64,000 nt of DNA, from contig CM059438.1 of assembly GCA_030390025.1 (NCBI GenBank), forward strand, positions 56,608,001-56,672,000. Direction: 5' to 3'. Each line of letters starts with the position of its first letter. Position 1 is the stretch's first letter. The position numbers were made by a program, and so were the translations under genes. This document shows positions 24,330-38,300 of this stretch, piece by piece. The DNA is from Squalus acanthias (taxonomy: Eukaryota). The notes below the pieces were generated by a model. It was not told where the DNA came from and did no database searches. It saw only the letters and a program-made list of their open reading frames with translations.

Positions 24330-24700
24330 ACTCCCCTCCTCATTCATGAAGGTCTTGACTCCTTCCTGGGATATAGTTCCACAAGTACCAGCTGCTCTTA
24401 CAGTCATCCAAGCGGCCACTACTCATGTACAAATGTTGCCATAGAGTGTTGGCGAGCTATTCAACACCTGGGGCAGCACAACAGAGCCTAATCTGATCCT
24501 CAGTTGCTGTTCATACATGCACATTTCCAGCAGGGGCCACTGAATAGCAAACACTCGTGGAAACCCGCAGTGATTTCCCTCCCCCTCCCTGACGTCAGGG
24601 TACTGAATCAAACTGTAGCACGTCTACTGCCACTCCAGCACAGATCAGCACACACCGGGAAACCTTCTGGGATTTTTCTGGTGTGTCCTGTTCTGTTATA
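24330..24700 (-). mobile_element. Old SINE-like repeat, family uncertain
   Basis: Minus strand gtggcagtagacgtgctaca...gggaggggagggaaatca...cccctgctggaaatgtg resembles a recalled ancient vertebrate SINE body. Confidence 0.45.
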
Positions 24701-25870
24701 CACTGGATGAACTCACTGAGACACTTTATTTTTAAATACCACAGGTAGAGTCTTCCCTGTTTACTTTGAAAGAATTTCAACCTTCACATATAGATTGCTA
24801 GTAGTCCAAGGGGGGGAAATAACCAGGGAAATTGCTCCTGAAGACAACTTGCACCCTCAGTATCAGGAGATCATTTGCTTATTCCGCCGTATCACAGGAG
24901 GTTACTTTAACCCCGAAGGATGGGTGAGAAGATAAAATGTGAAAAATTTCAAACACGACCCCAACCCGCCCAGTTCCGGTTTTAACGGAGGTGGGACAGG
25001 CAACCAATCCACTCTCAGTAGGAGGGTTTCCCAGGCCTCGGGAAGCCCGGCAGGTAAAAGGAGAAGAAAAGGGTTGGACCCATAAGGTAATTGCCTTTAC
25101 AGCAATGCTTGTGGGCCAGGAGGAGCAGGAGTGAATCCCCCCGGACCAACAAGCTTACCTGCTGCTAGCTCCACGATCGTTGACGTCCTGCAGTTAACAT
25201 CCGCAGGACGTCCAGGAAACCCGTTCTTCTGGATTTCCTGTCCAGAACTCCTCCCCCCACCGCCTCCCCTTAAATATTGGAGCCACACTCTCACTTTGAG
25301 GCAGGCTTCTTCGCCTGCAGAAGGTAATAGCAAGAACACTGAATGATAAAACTAATGCAATTTTATGATTAGCAATATAAAAACTATTTACTGTAAAACA
25401 GCTTCAACACACACCAGCCGAAAGAGAACAAGGTTGGGGAGCATTATATGTGCAGGATAAACTTTTTTCAGAGTACGACATACTAGACTTATTCAGAAAA
25501 TAGATACACATGCGATTAAAGGGATGGTGGTAACTTGGGTACATAATTGGCTAATGGGTAGGAGGCAAAGAGTAGTGGTGAATGGATGTTTTTCTGACTG
25601 GTAGAGAAGTATGTAGTGGGGTCCCTCAGGGGTTGGTATTAGGACCATTGTTTTTCTTGTTCATAGACTCCTAGAAGAGTACAGCACAGAAGGAGGCCAT
25701 TCGACCCATCGAGTCTGCGCTGGCTCCTTCGAAGAGCAATCCAGTCAGTCCCACTCCCCTGCTCTTTCCCCATGTCCCTGCAATTTGTTCTCCTTCAAGT
25801 ATATATCCAATTCCCTTTTGAAGGTTACTATTGAATCTGTATTCACCACCCTATCAAGTAGTGCATTCCA

Positions 25871-28800
25871 GAACATAAGAAATAAGAGCAGGAGTAGGCC
25901 ATACGGCCCCTCGAGCCTGCTCCGCCATTCAATAAGATCATGGCTGATCATCGACCTCAACTCCACTTTCCCGCCTGATCTCCACATCCCTTGATTCCCC
26001 TAGAGTCCAAAAATCTATCGATCTCAGCCTTGAATATACTCTAAGACTCAGCATTCACAGCCCTCTGGGGCAGAGAATTCCAAAGATTCACAACCCTCTG
26101 AGTGAAGAAATTCCTCCTCATCTCAGTCTTAAATGGCCGACCCCTTATCCTGAGACTATGCCCCCCTAGTGCTAGACACTCCAGCCAGGGGAAACAACCT
26201 CTCAGCATCTACCCTGTCAATCCCCTTCAGAATCTTGTATGTTTCAATGAGATTACCTCTCATTCTTCTAAACTCCAGAGAATATAGGCCCATTCCACAC
26301 AATCTCTCATCATAGGACAGCCCTCTCATCCCAGGAATCAATTTAGTTTTGTTGCACCGCCTCCAAGGCAAGTATATCCTTCCTTAGGTAAGGAGACCAA
26401 AACTGTGCACAGTACTCCAGGTATGGTCTCACTAAGGCCTTGTACAATTGTTGCAAGACTTCCTTACCCAACCCCCTTGCAATAAAGGCCAACATGCCAT
26501 TTGCCTTCCTTATTGCTTGCTGCAGCTGCATGCTAGCTTTCTGTGTTTCTTACACGAGGACACCCAAATCTATCTGAACACCAACATTTGAAAGTTTCTC
26601 ACCATTTAAAAAAATATTCTGTTCTTCTATTCTTCCTACCAAAGTGAATAACCTCACATTTCCCTACATTATACTCCATCTGCCACCTTACTGCCCACTC
26701 ACTCAGTCTATCTATATCCCTTTGCAGACTCTTTGTGTTCTCCTCACAGCTTATTGTCCCACTTAGCTTTGTATCATCAGCAAACTTGGATACATTACAC
26801 TCGGTCCCTTCATCATTAATATAGATTATAAATAACTGAGGCCCCAACACTGATCCTTGCGGCACCCCACTAGTTACAGCCTGCCAACCTGAAAAAGATC
26901 CGTTTATCCCTACTCTCTGTTTTCTGTCGGTTAACCAATCCTCTGTCCATGCTACTATATTACCCCCAACCCCATGAGCCCCAATCTTGTGTAATAACCT
27001 TTTATGTGGCACCTTATCGAATGCTTTTTGGAAATCCAAATATACTACATCCACTGGTTCCCCTTTATCTACCCTGCTAGTTCCATCCTCAAAAAACTCT
27101 AATAAATTTGTCAAACACGATGTCCTTTTCATAAAACCATGTTGACTCTGCCTAATCATGTTATGATTTTCCAAGTGCCATGATACCTCTTCCTTAACAA
27201 TGGATTCCAGCATTTTCCCGACGACTGATGTCAGGCTAACTGGCCTGTAGTTCCCGTTTTTTTCTCTCCCTCCTTTCTTGAATAGTGGTGTTACATTTGC
27301 GACCTTCCAATCCGCTGGGACCATTCTAGAATCTAGGGAATTTTGGAAGATCAAAACCAATGCATCCACTATCTCTTCAGCCACCTCTTTTAGAACCTAG
27401 GATGTAGGCCATCAGGTCCAGGGGATTTGTCGGCTTTTAGTCCCATTAGTTTCTCTAGTACTTTTTCTCTACTTATATTAATTACGTTAAGTTCCTCACC
27501 CTCATTAGACCCTTGGTTCCCCACCATTTTTGGTATGCTTTTTGTGTCTTCTACTGTGAAGACAGATACAAAATATTTGTTTAACGTTTCTGCCATTTCC
27601 TTATTCCCCATAATAATATCTCCTGTCTCAGCCTCTAAGGGACCAACGTTTACTTTTGCTACTCTCTTCCTTTTTACATACTTGTAGAAGCTCTTACAAT
27701 CTGCTTTTATATTTCTTGCTAGTTTTCTCTCATTCTATTTTTTCCCTTTTTATCAATTTTTTGGTCAACCTTTGCTGGTTTCCGAAACTCTCCCAATCCT
27801 CAGGCTTACTATTATTCTTTGCAACGTTATAAGCTTCTTCTTTCAATCTAATGCTATCCTTAACTTCTTTAGTTAGCCACAGTTAGATCACTTTTCCCGT
27901 GGAGTTTTTGTTTCTCAATGAAATGTATTTTTGTTGAGAATTATGAAATATTTCTTGAAATGCTAGCCACTGCTTATCTACCGCCATACATAGAACATAG
28001 AACATTACAGCACAGTACAGGCCCTTCGGCCCTCGATGTTGTGCCGAGCATTGTCCGAGACCAAGATCAAGCTATCACACTCCCTATCACTCTGGTGTGC
28101 TCCATGTGCTTATCCAATAACCGCTTGAAAGTTCCTAAAGTGTCCGACTCCACTATCACAGCAGGCAGTCCATTCCACACCCCAACCACTCTCTGAGTAA
28201 AGAATCTACCTCGGATATCCCTTCTATATCTCCCCCCATGCACCTTATAGTTATGCCCCCTTGTAACAGCTGCCTCTACCCGAGGAAATAGTCTCTGAAC
28301 ATCCACTCTATCTATCCCCCTCATCATCTTATAAACCTCTATTAAGTCGCCTCTCATCCTCCTCCGCTCTAAAGAGAAAAGCCCCAACTCCCTCAATCTT
28401 TCCTCATAAGACCTCCCCCCCAAACCAGGCAGCATCCTGGTAAATCTCCTTTGCACTCTTTCCAATGCTTCCACGTCCTTCCTATAGTGAGGTGACCAGA
28501 ACTGCACACAATATTCCAAATGTGGTCTCACCAAGGTCCTGTACAGTTGCAGCATAACCTCACGGTTCTTAAACTCAAACCCTCTGTTAATAAATGCCAA
28601 CACACCATAGGCCTTCTTTACTGCTCTATCCACTTGAGTGGCAACCTTCAGAGATCTGTGGATATGAACCCCCAGATCCCTCTGCTCCTCCACGTTCCTC
28701 AGAACCCTGCCGTTGACCCTGTAATCCTTATTCAAATTTGCCCTACCAAAATGAATCACCTCGCACTTATCAGGGTTAAATTCCATCTGCCATTTTTCGG

Positions 28801-31800
28801 CCCAGCTCTGCATCCTATCAATGTCTCTTTGCAGCCTACAACTGCCCTCCACCTCATCCACTACTCCACCAATCTTGGTGTCATCAGCAAATTTACTGAT
28901 CCACCCTTCAGTCCCCTCCTCCAAGTCATTGATAAAAATCACAAACAGCAGAGGACCCAGCACCGACCCCTGTGGCACACCGCTGGTAACTGGTCTCCAG
29001 TCCGAAAATGTTCCATCCACCACCACCCTCTGCCTTCTATGAGATAGCCAGTTACTTATCCAATCGGCCAAATTTCCCTCTATCCCACAACTCCTTACTT
29101 TCTTCATGAGACGACCATGGGGAACCTTATCAAACGCCTTACTAAAATCCATGTATACGACATCAACTGCTCTACCTTCATCTACACACTTAGTTACCTC
29201 CTCAAAGAATTCAATCAAATTTGTTCGGCAAGACTTACCCTTCACGAATCCGTGTTGACTATCCCTGATTAAGTTGCCCCTTTCCAAATGGTCATAAATC
29301 CTATCCCTCAGGACCTTTTCCATTATCTTACCAACCACCGAAGTAAGACTAACCGGCCTATAATTACCAGGGTCATTCCTATTTCCTTTCTTGAAGAGAG
29401 GAACAACATTCGCCACTCTCCAGTCCTCTGGCACCATCCCCGTGGACAGTGAGGACCCAAAGATCAAAGCCAGAGGCTCTGCAATCTCCTCCCTTGCCTC
29501 CCAAAGAATCCTAGGATATATCCCATCTGGTCCAGGGGACTTATCGACCCTCAGGTTCTTCAAAATTGCTAAAACATCTTCCCTCAGAACATCTACCACC
29601 TCCAGCCTATCCACCTTTATCACACTCTCATCCTCAAGAACATGGCCCCTCTCCTCGGTGAACACTGACGAAAAGTATTCATTCATCACCTCTCCTATCT
29701 CTTCTGACTCCATGCACAAGTTCCCACTACTGTCCTTGACCGGCCCTACCCTCACCCTGGTCATTCTTTTATTTCTCACATAAGAGTAAAAAGCCTTGGG
29801 GTTTTTCTTGATCTGACCCGCCAAGGACTTCTCATGCCCCCTCCTAGCTCTCCTAAGCTCTTTTTTAGCTCATTCCTTGCTACCTTGTACCCCTCAATCG
29901 ACCCAACTGAACCTTGTTTTCTCATCCTTACATACGCTTCCTTTTTCCTCTTGACTAGACATTCAACCTCTTTTGTGAACCATGGTTCTCTCACTCGGCC
30001 ATTTCCTCCCTGCCTGACAGGGACATACCTATCAAGGACACGCAGTAATTGCTCCATGAAAAAGCTCCACTTTTCGTTTGTGCCTTTCCCTGATAGTTTC
30101 TGTTCCCATCTTATACTCCCTAATTCTTGCCTAATCGCATCATAATTACCCCTCCCCCAATTATAAACCCTGCCCTGCCGTATGGCCCTATCCCTCTCCA
30201 TTGCAATAGTGAAAGTTACCGAATTGTGGTCACTATCTCCAAAGTGCTCTCCCACATACAAATCAAACACTTGGCCCGGTTCATTACCCAGTACCAAATC
30301 CAACGTGGCCCCACCTCTTGTCGGCCTATCCACATATTGTGTCAGGAAACCCTCCTGCACACACTGTGCAAAAACTATCCCATCCGAACTGTTTGACCTA
30401 TAAAGGTTCCAATCAATATTTGGAAAGTTGAAGTCACCCATGACAACTACTTTTAATCTATTTTTCCAATCTACCTTAGCCAACTCGCCCCTCATACCTA
30501 TGTAATTGGCTTTATTTAAGTTTAAGACTCTAGTTTCGGACTTAGGCAAGTCACTCTCAAAATTAACGTGAAATTCTATCATATTATGATCACTCTGCCC
30601 CAGAGGATCCTTTACTATGAGATTGCTAATTAACCCTGTCTCATTACACAGTACAAGATCTAAAATAGCCTGTTCCCTGGGTAGTTCCATGACATATTGT
30701 TCTAGGAACTGTCCCAAATGCATTCCATGAACTCGTCCTCCAGATTACCTTTGTCAATTTGATTTGTCCAGTCTATATGAAGATTAAAGTCCCCCAAGAT
30801 TACTCCATTACCTTTGTTGCAAGCTCCTACTATTTCTTGATTAATATTTTGTCCAACGGTACAGCTACTGTTAGGGGGCCTATATACTACTCCTACCAGT
30901 GTTTTCTGACCCATGTTATTCCTTATCTCCACCCATACTGATTCTACTTCCTGATCTTCCGAGCCAAGATCCTTTCTCGCTACTGTCCTTATGTCATCCT
31001 TTATTATCAGGGCTACTCCCCCCTCCTTTTCCATTCTGCCTGTCCTTTTGAAACGTCAAATACCCTGGAACATTTAGTTCCCAACCTTGGCAACCTTACA
31101 ACCATGTCTCTGTAATGGCTATTAGATCAAACCCATTTATCTCTATTTGTGCCACTAGTTCATCTATCTTGTTACGAATGCTTCGTGCATTCAGATAAAG
31201 TGCCTTTAATTTAAATTTTTTACCATTATTCCCTGCTTTGACCTTTTTCTCTGCTGCACTGCTACCGTTAAACTCTCTGTCCCTTCCTGTCACACTCTGC
31301 TTATTATTACCCAAATCGCTACACTGCTCTATTGCCTTGACGTTTCTCTTTAGATTTCTAACTTTCCCCTCACCTGAGCCCTCCCCCCCCCTTTTTTAGT
31401 TTAAAGCCCTATCTACAGCCCTAGTTATTCGATTCACCAGGACGCTGGTCCCAGCCCAGTTTAAGTGGAGCCCGTCCTGACGGAACAGCTCCCTCTTTCC
31501 CCAGTACTGGTGTCAGTGCCCCATGAATTGAAACCCCTTTTTCCCATACCACTCTTTGAGCCATGCATTTAACTCTCTGATCTGCTTGACCCTATGCCAA
31601 TTTGCACGTGGCTCAGGTAGTAATCCAGAGATTATTACCCTTGTGGTTCTGCTTATTAATTTAGACCCTAGCTCCTCAAACTCCCTCAGCAGAACCTCAT
31701 TGTTAGTTCTACCTATGTCGTTGGTTCCTACATGGACCGCAACAACTGGATCCTCCCTCTCCCACTACAAGTTCTTCTCCAGCCGCGAGCAGATATCCTT

Positions 31801-32225
31801 AACCCTGGCATCGCAAGATTCCTTCCTTCTCCCCCCATTTGGATGGCCTCCTGTACCACAATGCCGTGGTCAGTTTTCCCATCCTCCCTGCAGTCCTTTT
31901 CCTCATCCATACAGGTAGAAAGTACCTCGTACCTGTTGGACAAGGTCAAGGGCTGAGGCTCCTCCATCACTACATCCTGGGTCCCCATACCTTCCTGACT
32001 CGCAGTCACACCCTCCTGTCCCTGACCACTGACGAATTCTAAAGTACTGCTTAACCTAAAGGGTGTGACTGCCTCCTGGAACAAAGTGTCCAGGTAACTC
32101 TCCCCCTCCCTGATGCATTGCAATGTCTGCAGCTCGTACTCCAGCTCAACAATTCTGAGCCGAAGTTCCTCGAGTTGCAGATACTTACTGCAGATGTGGT
32201 TGCTCGGGATCGCGATGCTCTCCAC
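25871..32225 (-). mobile_element. Near full-length decayed CR1 (ORF1 remnant ~31400-32225; ORF2 remnant to ~26000)
   Basis: ORFs 31728..32225, 31096..31314, 30702..31034, 27390..27611 and 26599..27384; tail at 25871. Confidence 0.88.
27989..30449 (-). mobile_element. Younger 5'-truncated CR1 of another family; ORF2 open for 585 aa with one frameshift near 29870
   Basis: ORF 28067..29824; own tail (catagaacatag) at 27989; host rejoins across it. Confidence 0.9.
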
Positions 32226-32586
32226 CTAGCCACTTGTTGCGTAAAAGTTTTTTCTCATGTCGCCTCTGGTTCTTTTTCCAATCACCTTAAATCTGTGCCC
32301 TCTAGTTATCGACCATTCAGCCATTGTAAACAGTTTCTCTTTATTTACACTATCTAAACCCTTCATGATTTTAAACACCTCTATCAAATCTCCTCTTAGC
32401 CTTCTCTGCTCCAAGGAGAACAACCCCAGCTTCTCCAGTCCATCCACATAACTGTATTCCATCATCCCTGGAACCATTCTTGTAAATCTTTTCTGCACCC
32501 TCTCCAAAGCCTTCACATCCTTCCTAAAGTGCTGTGCCCAGAATTGGACACAATACGCCAGCTGGGGCTGAACTAGTGTTCTATAT

Positions 32587-33360
32587 CTCTTCTTCTTCTT
32601 AGGCAGTACCTCGGAACTGAGGATGACTTGCTTCCACACTAAAAATGAGTTCTCAGGTGACTGATGAGTCCAATGCGGGACCTACAGTTTCTGTCACAGG
32701 TGGGGCAGACGGTGGTTGAAGGGGCGGGTGGGTGGGGTGCTTGGGTTGATGTGCGCTCCTTCCTCTGTTTGCGCTTGGCTTCTGCTTGCTCCCGGCGAAG
32801 AGACTCGAGGTGTTCGGCGCCTTCCCGGATGCTTCTCCTCCACTTTGTGCGGTCTTGGGCCAGGGATTCCCAGGTGTCAGTGGGGATGTTGCACTTTTTC
32901 AAGGAGGCTTTGAGGGTGTCCTTGAAGCGTTTCCTCTGCCCACCTGGGGCTCTCTTGCCGTGTCGGAGCTCCGAGTAGAGTGCTTGTTTTGGGAGTCTCG
33001 TATCGGGCATGCGGAAGATGTGGCCCATCCATCGGAGCTGATCGAGCGTGGTCAAAGCTTCAATGCTGGGGATGTTGGCCTGAGTGAGAACACTGCCATT
33101 GGTGTGCCTATCCTGCCAATGGATTTGCAGGATCTTGTGGAGGCAGCGTTGGTGGTACCTCTCCAGTGCTTTGAGGTGCCTGCTGTACATGGTCCATGTC
33201 TCTGAAGCATACAGGAGGGCGGGTATCACTACTGCTCTGTAGACCATGAGCTTGGTGCTGGGTTTGAGGTCCTGGCCTTCAAACACTCTCTTCCTCAGGC
33301 GACCGAAGGCTGCACTGGTACACTGAGGCGGTGTTGGACTTCGTCATCGACGTCTGCCTT
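32587..33360 (-). mobile_element. 5'-truncated RTE-BovB
   Basis: 10-bp TSD tgttctatat at 32577-32586 and 33361-33370; (AAG)n tail; ORF 32639..33286. Confidence 0.93.
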
Positions 33361-33820
33361 TGTTCTATATAGCTTTAGCATAACTTCCTGGCTTTGGTAT
33401 TCTATGTCTCTATTTATAAAGCCCAGGATCCCATATGCTTTATAAACTGCTTTGTTAACCTGTCCTGGCACCTTCAAAGATTTGTACACAAGCGACCCCA
33501 AGTCTCTCTGTTCTTGCACCCCCTTTAAAATTGCACCATTTAGTGTGTCTGGTCTCTCCTCATTCTTCCTACCAAAATGTATCACCTCACAGTTCTCTGC
33601 ATTGAATTTCATCTGCTGTGTGTCCGCCCATTCCATCAGCCTGTCTATAAATGACCTGTATTTGAGTATAGGAAGTCCAATTTTGAAGTTTGAGGATGAT
33701 ACTATTTACTATGTTGCCAAGGTTTGTAAGGAGGATCATAGCAGACTTCAGGAGGACATAGACAGACTGATGAAATGGACAGACACACGGCAGATGCAAT
33801 TTAATGCAGATAAGTGTGAG

Positions 33821-34865
33821 CCACTCGGCTCCCGACCTCATTACAGCCTTGGTCCAAACATGGACAAAGGAGCTGAATTCCAGAGGTGAGGTGAGAGTGA
33901 CTGCCCTTGACATCAAGGCAGCATTTGACCGAGTGTGGCATCAAGGAGCCCTAGTAAAACTGAAGTCAATGGGAATCGGGGGGAAAACTCTCCACTGGCT
34001 GGAGTCATACCTAGCACAAAGGAAGATGGTTGTGGTGGTTGAAGATCAATCATCACAGCCCCAGGACATCGCGGCAGGAGATACTTAGGGCAGCGTCCTA
34101 GGCCCAATCATCTTTAGCTGCTTCATCAATGACCTTCCCTCCAACATAAGGTCAGAAATGGGGATGTTCGCTGATGACTGCACAGTGCTCAGCGCCATTC
34201 ACAACTCCTCATTTAATTAAGCAATCCATCCCCGCATGCAACAAGACCTGGACGACGTTCAGGCTAGCGGCAGGTAACATTCGTGCCACAGAAGTGCCAG
34301 GGAATGACTATCTCCAACAAGCGAGAGTCTAACCACCGCCCCTTGACATTCAATGACATTACCATCGCCGAATCCCCCACCATCAACATCCTGGGGGACA
34401 CCATTGACCAGAAACTTACCTGGACCAGCCACATAAATACTGTGGCAACAAGAGCAGGTCAGAGGCTGGGTATTCTGCGGCGAGTGTCTCACCTCCTAAC
34501 TCCCCAAAGCCTTTCCACCATCTACAAGGCACAAGTAAGGAGTGTGATGGAATACTCTCCACTTGCCTGGATGAGTGCAGCTCCAACAACACTTAAGAAG
34601 CTCGACACCATCCAGGACAAAGCAGCCCGCTTGATTGGCACCCCATCCACCACTTTAAACATTCACTCCCTCCACCACTGGCATACCGTGGCTGCAGTGT
34701 GTACCATCTGCAAGATGCACTGCAGCAACTCGCCAAGGCTTCTTCGGCAGCACCTCCCAAACCCACGACCTCTTCCACCTCAAAGGACAAGGGCAGCAGG
34801 CGCATGGGAACACCACCACCTCCAAGTTCCCCTCCAAGTCACACACCATCCTGACTTAGAAGTAA
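33821..34865 (+). mobile_element. CR1-group LINE (Zenon/Crack-like) RT fragment
   Basis: TALDIKAAFDRVWHQG, FINDLP, MFADD and VRSVMEYSPLAW motifs; clade name uncertain. Confidence 0.8.
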
Positions 34866-35394
34866 TGTAAAATATGTACACATGTATTGAAAATAACACA
34901 AAAGGAACCCAGGAGAGCACATTAAACTCAAATGTCTCTTGTCGGGTTCTGCCATGGTGGCAAGATACTCTTCATTACCAATTTGCCAATTGTTTGACAT
35001 TTGGTTTTCCTAAAATCTCGGTTCCAATGAAAATAAATAATTGTCTTGACTGAATAGGCCCTCTGTCTCATCTGTCCCAACAGGCTACTGCCCTGAGCGC
35101 ATCACCTTTCGACAGAACAAACTGAAGGCGGACATTCCAGTCACTCACTTGTAACCAGTATGGTCTGGCACTAAACTAACTGGAGAAGCAAGATTTAGCA
35201 GGTTTGTGACTTTGCTGGATGAGCTGCTCGGAGATCCAACTTGCTGCAGAATGCTGCACAGTTGCTGCATCTTTCTCAAAGTGCTCATCACCCAACAGCC
35301 AAACATGGGCAACAAGCATTTCAATAATATTCCATTCAGCAGGGAATTCCCCTCTAGGTTGATGTTAAGGCCAAGAATTTCTGCTCAGTATTAT

Positions 35395-38300
35395 TCTAAC
35401 AGCGACAGCGCCGTACTGCTATCGTTGCCCGGGAACTCAGACGTTTCGACATAGACATCGCCGCCCTAAGCGAGACCTGGCAGGCAGGGGAAGGCCAGCT
35501 CAAGGAGCAAGGTGGTGGTTGCACCTTCTTCTGGAAAGGCAAACCTGAAGAAGAACACCGCCTCCATGGGGTAGGCTTTGCCATAAAAAATGAGCTAGTT
35601 GAACATCTCAAAGACTCCCCTTGTGGAATAAACGAACGCCTCATGACTCTACGGCTTAGCCTAGGCCGGAACCATTGCGCTACGGTCATCAGTTCATACG
35701 CCCCAACACTGGAAGCCACAGAGGAGACCAAAGAGGAATTCTACTCCTGCCTTGAACAATCCCTGTCCCAAGTCCCAACGGGCGACAAGCTGATCCTCCT
35801 ATGCGACTTTAACGCCAGAGTTGGAAAGGACACAGACCTCTGGGGAGGTGTGATCGACAGAGAGGGGGTAGGGAAAGTCAACTCCAACGGTACCCTCTCC
35901 TGACGAAATGCTTAGAACATGGCCTTGTCATAGTCAACACCTTGTTCCATCAGAGAGACAAGTACAAGGCTTCATGGCAACACCCTCGCTCCAAGCACTG
36001 GCATCTGCTGGACTACGTCATCGTCCGAGCGAGGGACAGCAAGGACGTCCGCATCACCAGCGCCATGACAGGAGCTTACGACTGCTGGACAGACCACCGC
36101 CTCTGTCATCTCCATCAACGTAGCCCCAAAACAGCAGTGGCAACAGAAGCAATGCCGCAGGAAAATCAACGCTGGAGCACTCAAAGATCCTGCTAAGAAA
36201 GCCCTATTCAGCCTGTGCCTCACAAACAACCTGACGATTCCCAGTGATGCAGTGACACAGAGGGCTAAAAATTGAGTAGCGGGCGCTAACTTCGCCGGGG
36301 CGCTAAAAAATTAGCGCCCCCGCAGCAGAAATTGAGTGGTTGCGCCCCAAGAGTGAAGTGGGGCGCTACTGGAAGCGCCCTGCATCCCTCTTGGGACGCT
36401 GCGAGTCAATATCACGGCGCTACGTGCCGTGGTATTGCAGGCCTTCCTCCCCTTCATAAAGGGGAGGGGCCTTGCGCAGTGCCGGCAAAAGAGCCCGGCA
36501 CTCAAGAGAAGTGCCAGGCTCTTAGAGTGCAGCCGGCACTCCGCAGGGGTGGAGCGTTTCAGGAGGCCAGGGACGTGAGCGCAGGCAGGTGCTGGCAGGC
36601 GGCCAGCAACAAAAATGGCCGCCCAGCACCTCGCCTTTAAATTGAGCCTCCCCGGCCGCAGGTAGACCCCCCTGACCCCGTCGGACATAGCGTCCGGCGG
36701 TAAGTCAGGGGGCGCTCCCGAAGATCGCGGCCGGGACGCGAGCGGGGCGCTGCACACGGCGATGACGTCATCGCCGGTGGCGCAGCACCGCAGGGCGCTG
36801 CTGGTTATCGCCGCCGCTAACCTCCCGCTGAATTTCGCGGAGGCGTGGGCGGCACCGCGCCCGGGCACTAGTTGCTTCGCGCCCCGTTAGCGCCCTCTTA
36901 GGGTGCTAACGGGAGGCGCAAACAAACGAATTTTTACTCCAGAGTGTCCACAGCACCTGGTCTGCACTCAAAGCCTCCATAATCAGCACCTGTGAAGAGA
37001 CACTCGGTCACTCGACCAGGAAACACCAAGACTGGTTCGACGAGAACGACCAGGAGATCCAGGAGCTAATAAGCCGCAAGCGCAAGGCATTCCTGATCTG
37101 GAAACAGCAACAGAACTCGAGAGCAAGAAAGCAGCTCTACAGACGCCTGAAGGCCAAGGTCCAATAAAAAACTCGCAACCTAAGGAACAGATGGTGGGTG
37201 GAGAAAGCGCAGGAGATCCAGCAGCTAACCGACAACCACGACGTGCGTGGATTCTTTAGCGCAGTCAAGACCACCTACGGCCCAAGCACCCAAGGTCCTA
37301 CCCCACTGCGGGCCAAGAATGGAGAGGTATTCATCAAGGACAGACAGGCAGTCAGTGCCCGCTGGAAGGAGCACTTCGAAGATCTCCTTAACCGAGACTC
37401 TGTCTTTGACGCGAGTGTCCTCAACTCCATCCCGCAGCATGCTACCCGCCACCATCTCAGCACAACCCCAGCCCGGCATGAGATTGAAAAGGCCATCCAA
37501 CAACTGAAGAACAACAAGGTCTCAGGAGCAGATGGAATCCCCACCGAGGCGCTAAAACATGGCATAGAAGCACTATTGGCGCGAATACATGAACTCATTT
37601 CTCTTATTTGGAAGGAGGAGAACATGCCAGGGGATCTCAGAGACGCCGTAATCGTGACCATCTTTAAGAAAAGTGAAAGTCCGATTGCGGTAATTACAGA
37701 GGAGCCTCCCACCTGTCGCAAGAATCCTCCTCAATCGCCTACTCCCAGTGGCTGAAGAGCTCCTCCCAGTCGCAATGTGGATTCCGCCCACTTAGGGGCA
37801 CAATGGACATGATCTTCACCGCGCGTCAACTACAAGAGAAATGCAGGTAACAGCACCAACCGCTGTACATGGCCTTCTTTGACCTCACAAAGGCCTTCGA
37901 CACCGTCTACCGTGAGGGATTATGGAGTGTCCTCCTCAAATTCGGCTGCCCTCAAAAGTTTGTGACCATCCTCCGCCTGCTTCACGACGATATGCAAGCC
38001 GTGATCCTGACCAACGGATCCACCACAGATCCAATTCACATACGGACCGGGGTCAAGCAAGGCTGTGTCATCGCACCAACGCTCTTCTCGATCTTCCTGG
38101 CTACAATGCTCCATGTCATCGTCAGTAAGCTCCTCACTGGAGTGGAGCTAATCTACAGAACAAATGGGAAACTGTTCAACCTCCGTCGCCTCCAGTCCAG
38201 ATCCAAGGTCGTCCAATCCTCTGTCATCGAATTACAGTATGCAGATGACGCTTGCGTCTGCGCACACTCTGAGGTCGAACTCCAAACCATCGTCAACACC

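Larger units (their letters stand above)
25663..33644 (-). mobile_element. CR1 3' portion (25663-25870 + 32226-32586 + 33361-33644)
   Basis: Pieces are colinear in ORF2 C-terminus and 3' UTR. Confidence 0.75.
25440..33820 (+). mobile_element. Old CR1 RT fragment (25440-25662 + 33645-33820), outermost layer of a nested stack
   Basis: GVPQG..LGPLFFL joins YINDL..LKFEDDT across the stack. Confidence 0.65.

Noticed and set aside
24895..25290. GC-rich patch as promoter or CpG island
   Set aside because: More likely decayed MITE sequence; no clear termini or promoter evidence.
29776..30723. 315-aa ORF with a duplicated endonuclease segment as a novel protein
   Set aside because: Chance in-frame junction at ~30449 between host CR1 and nested CR1; frameshifted at both ends.
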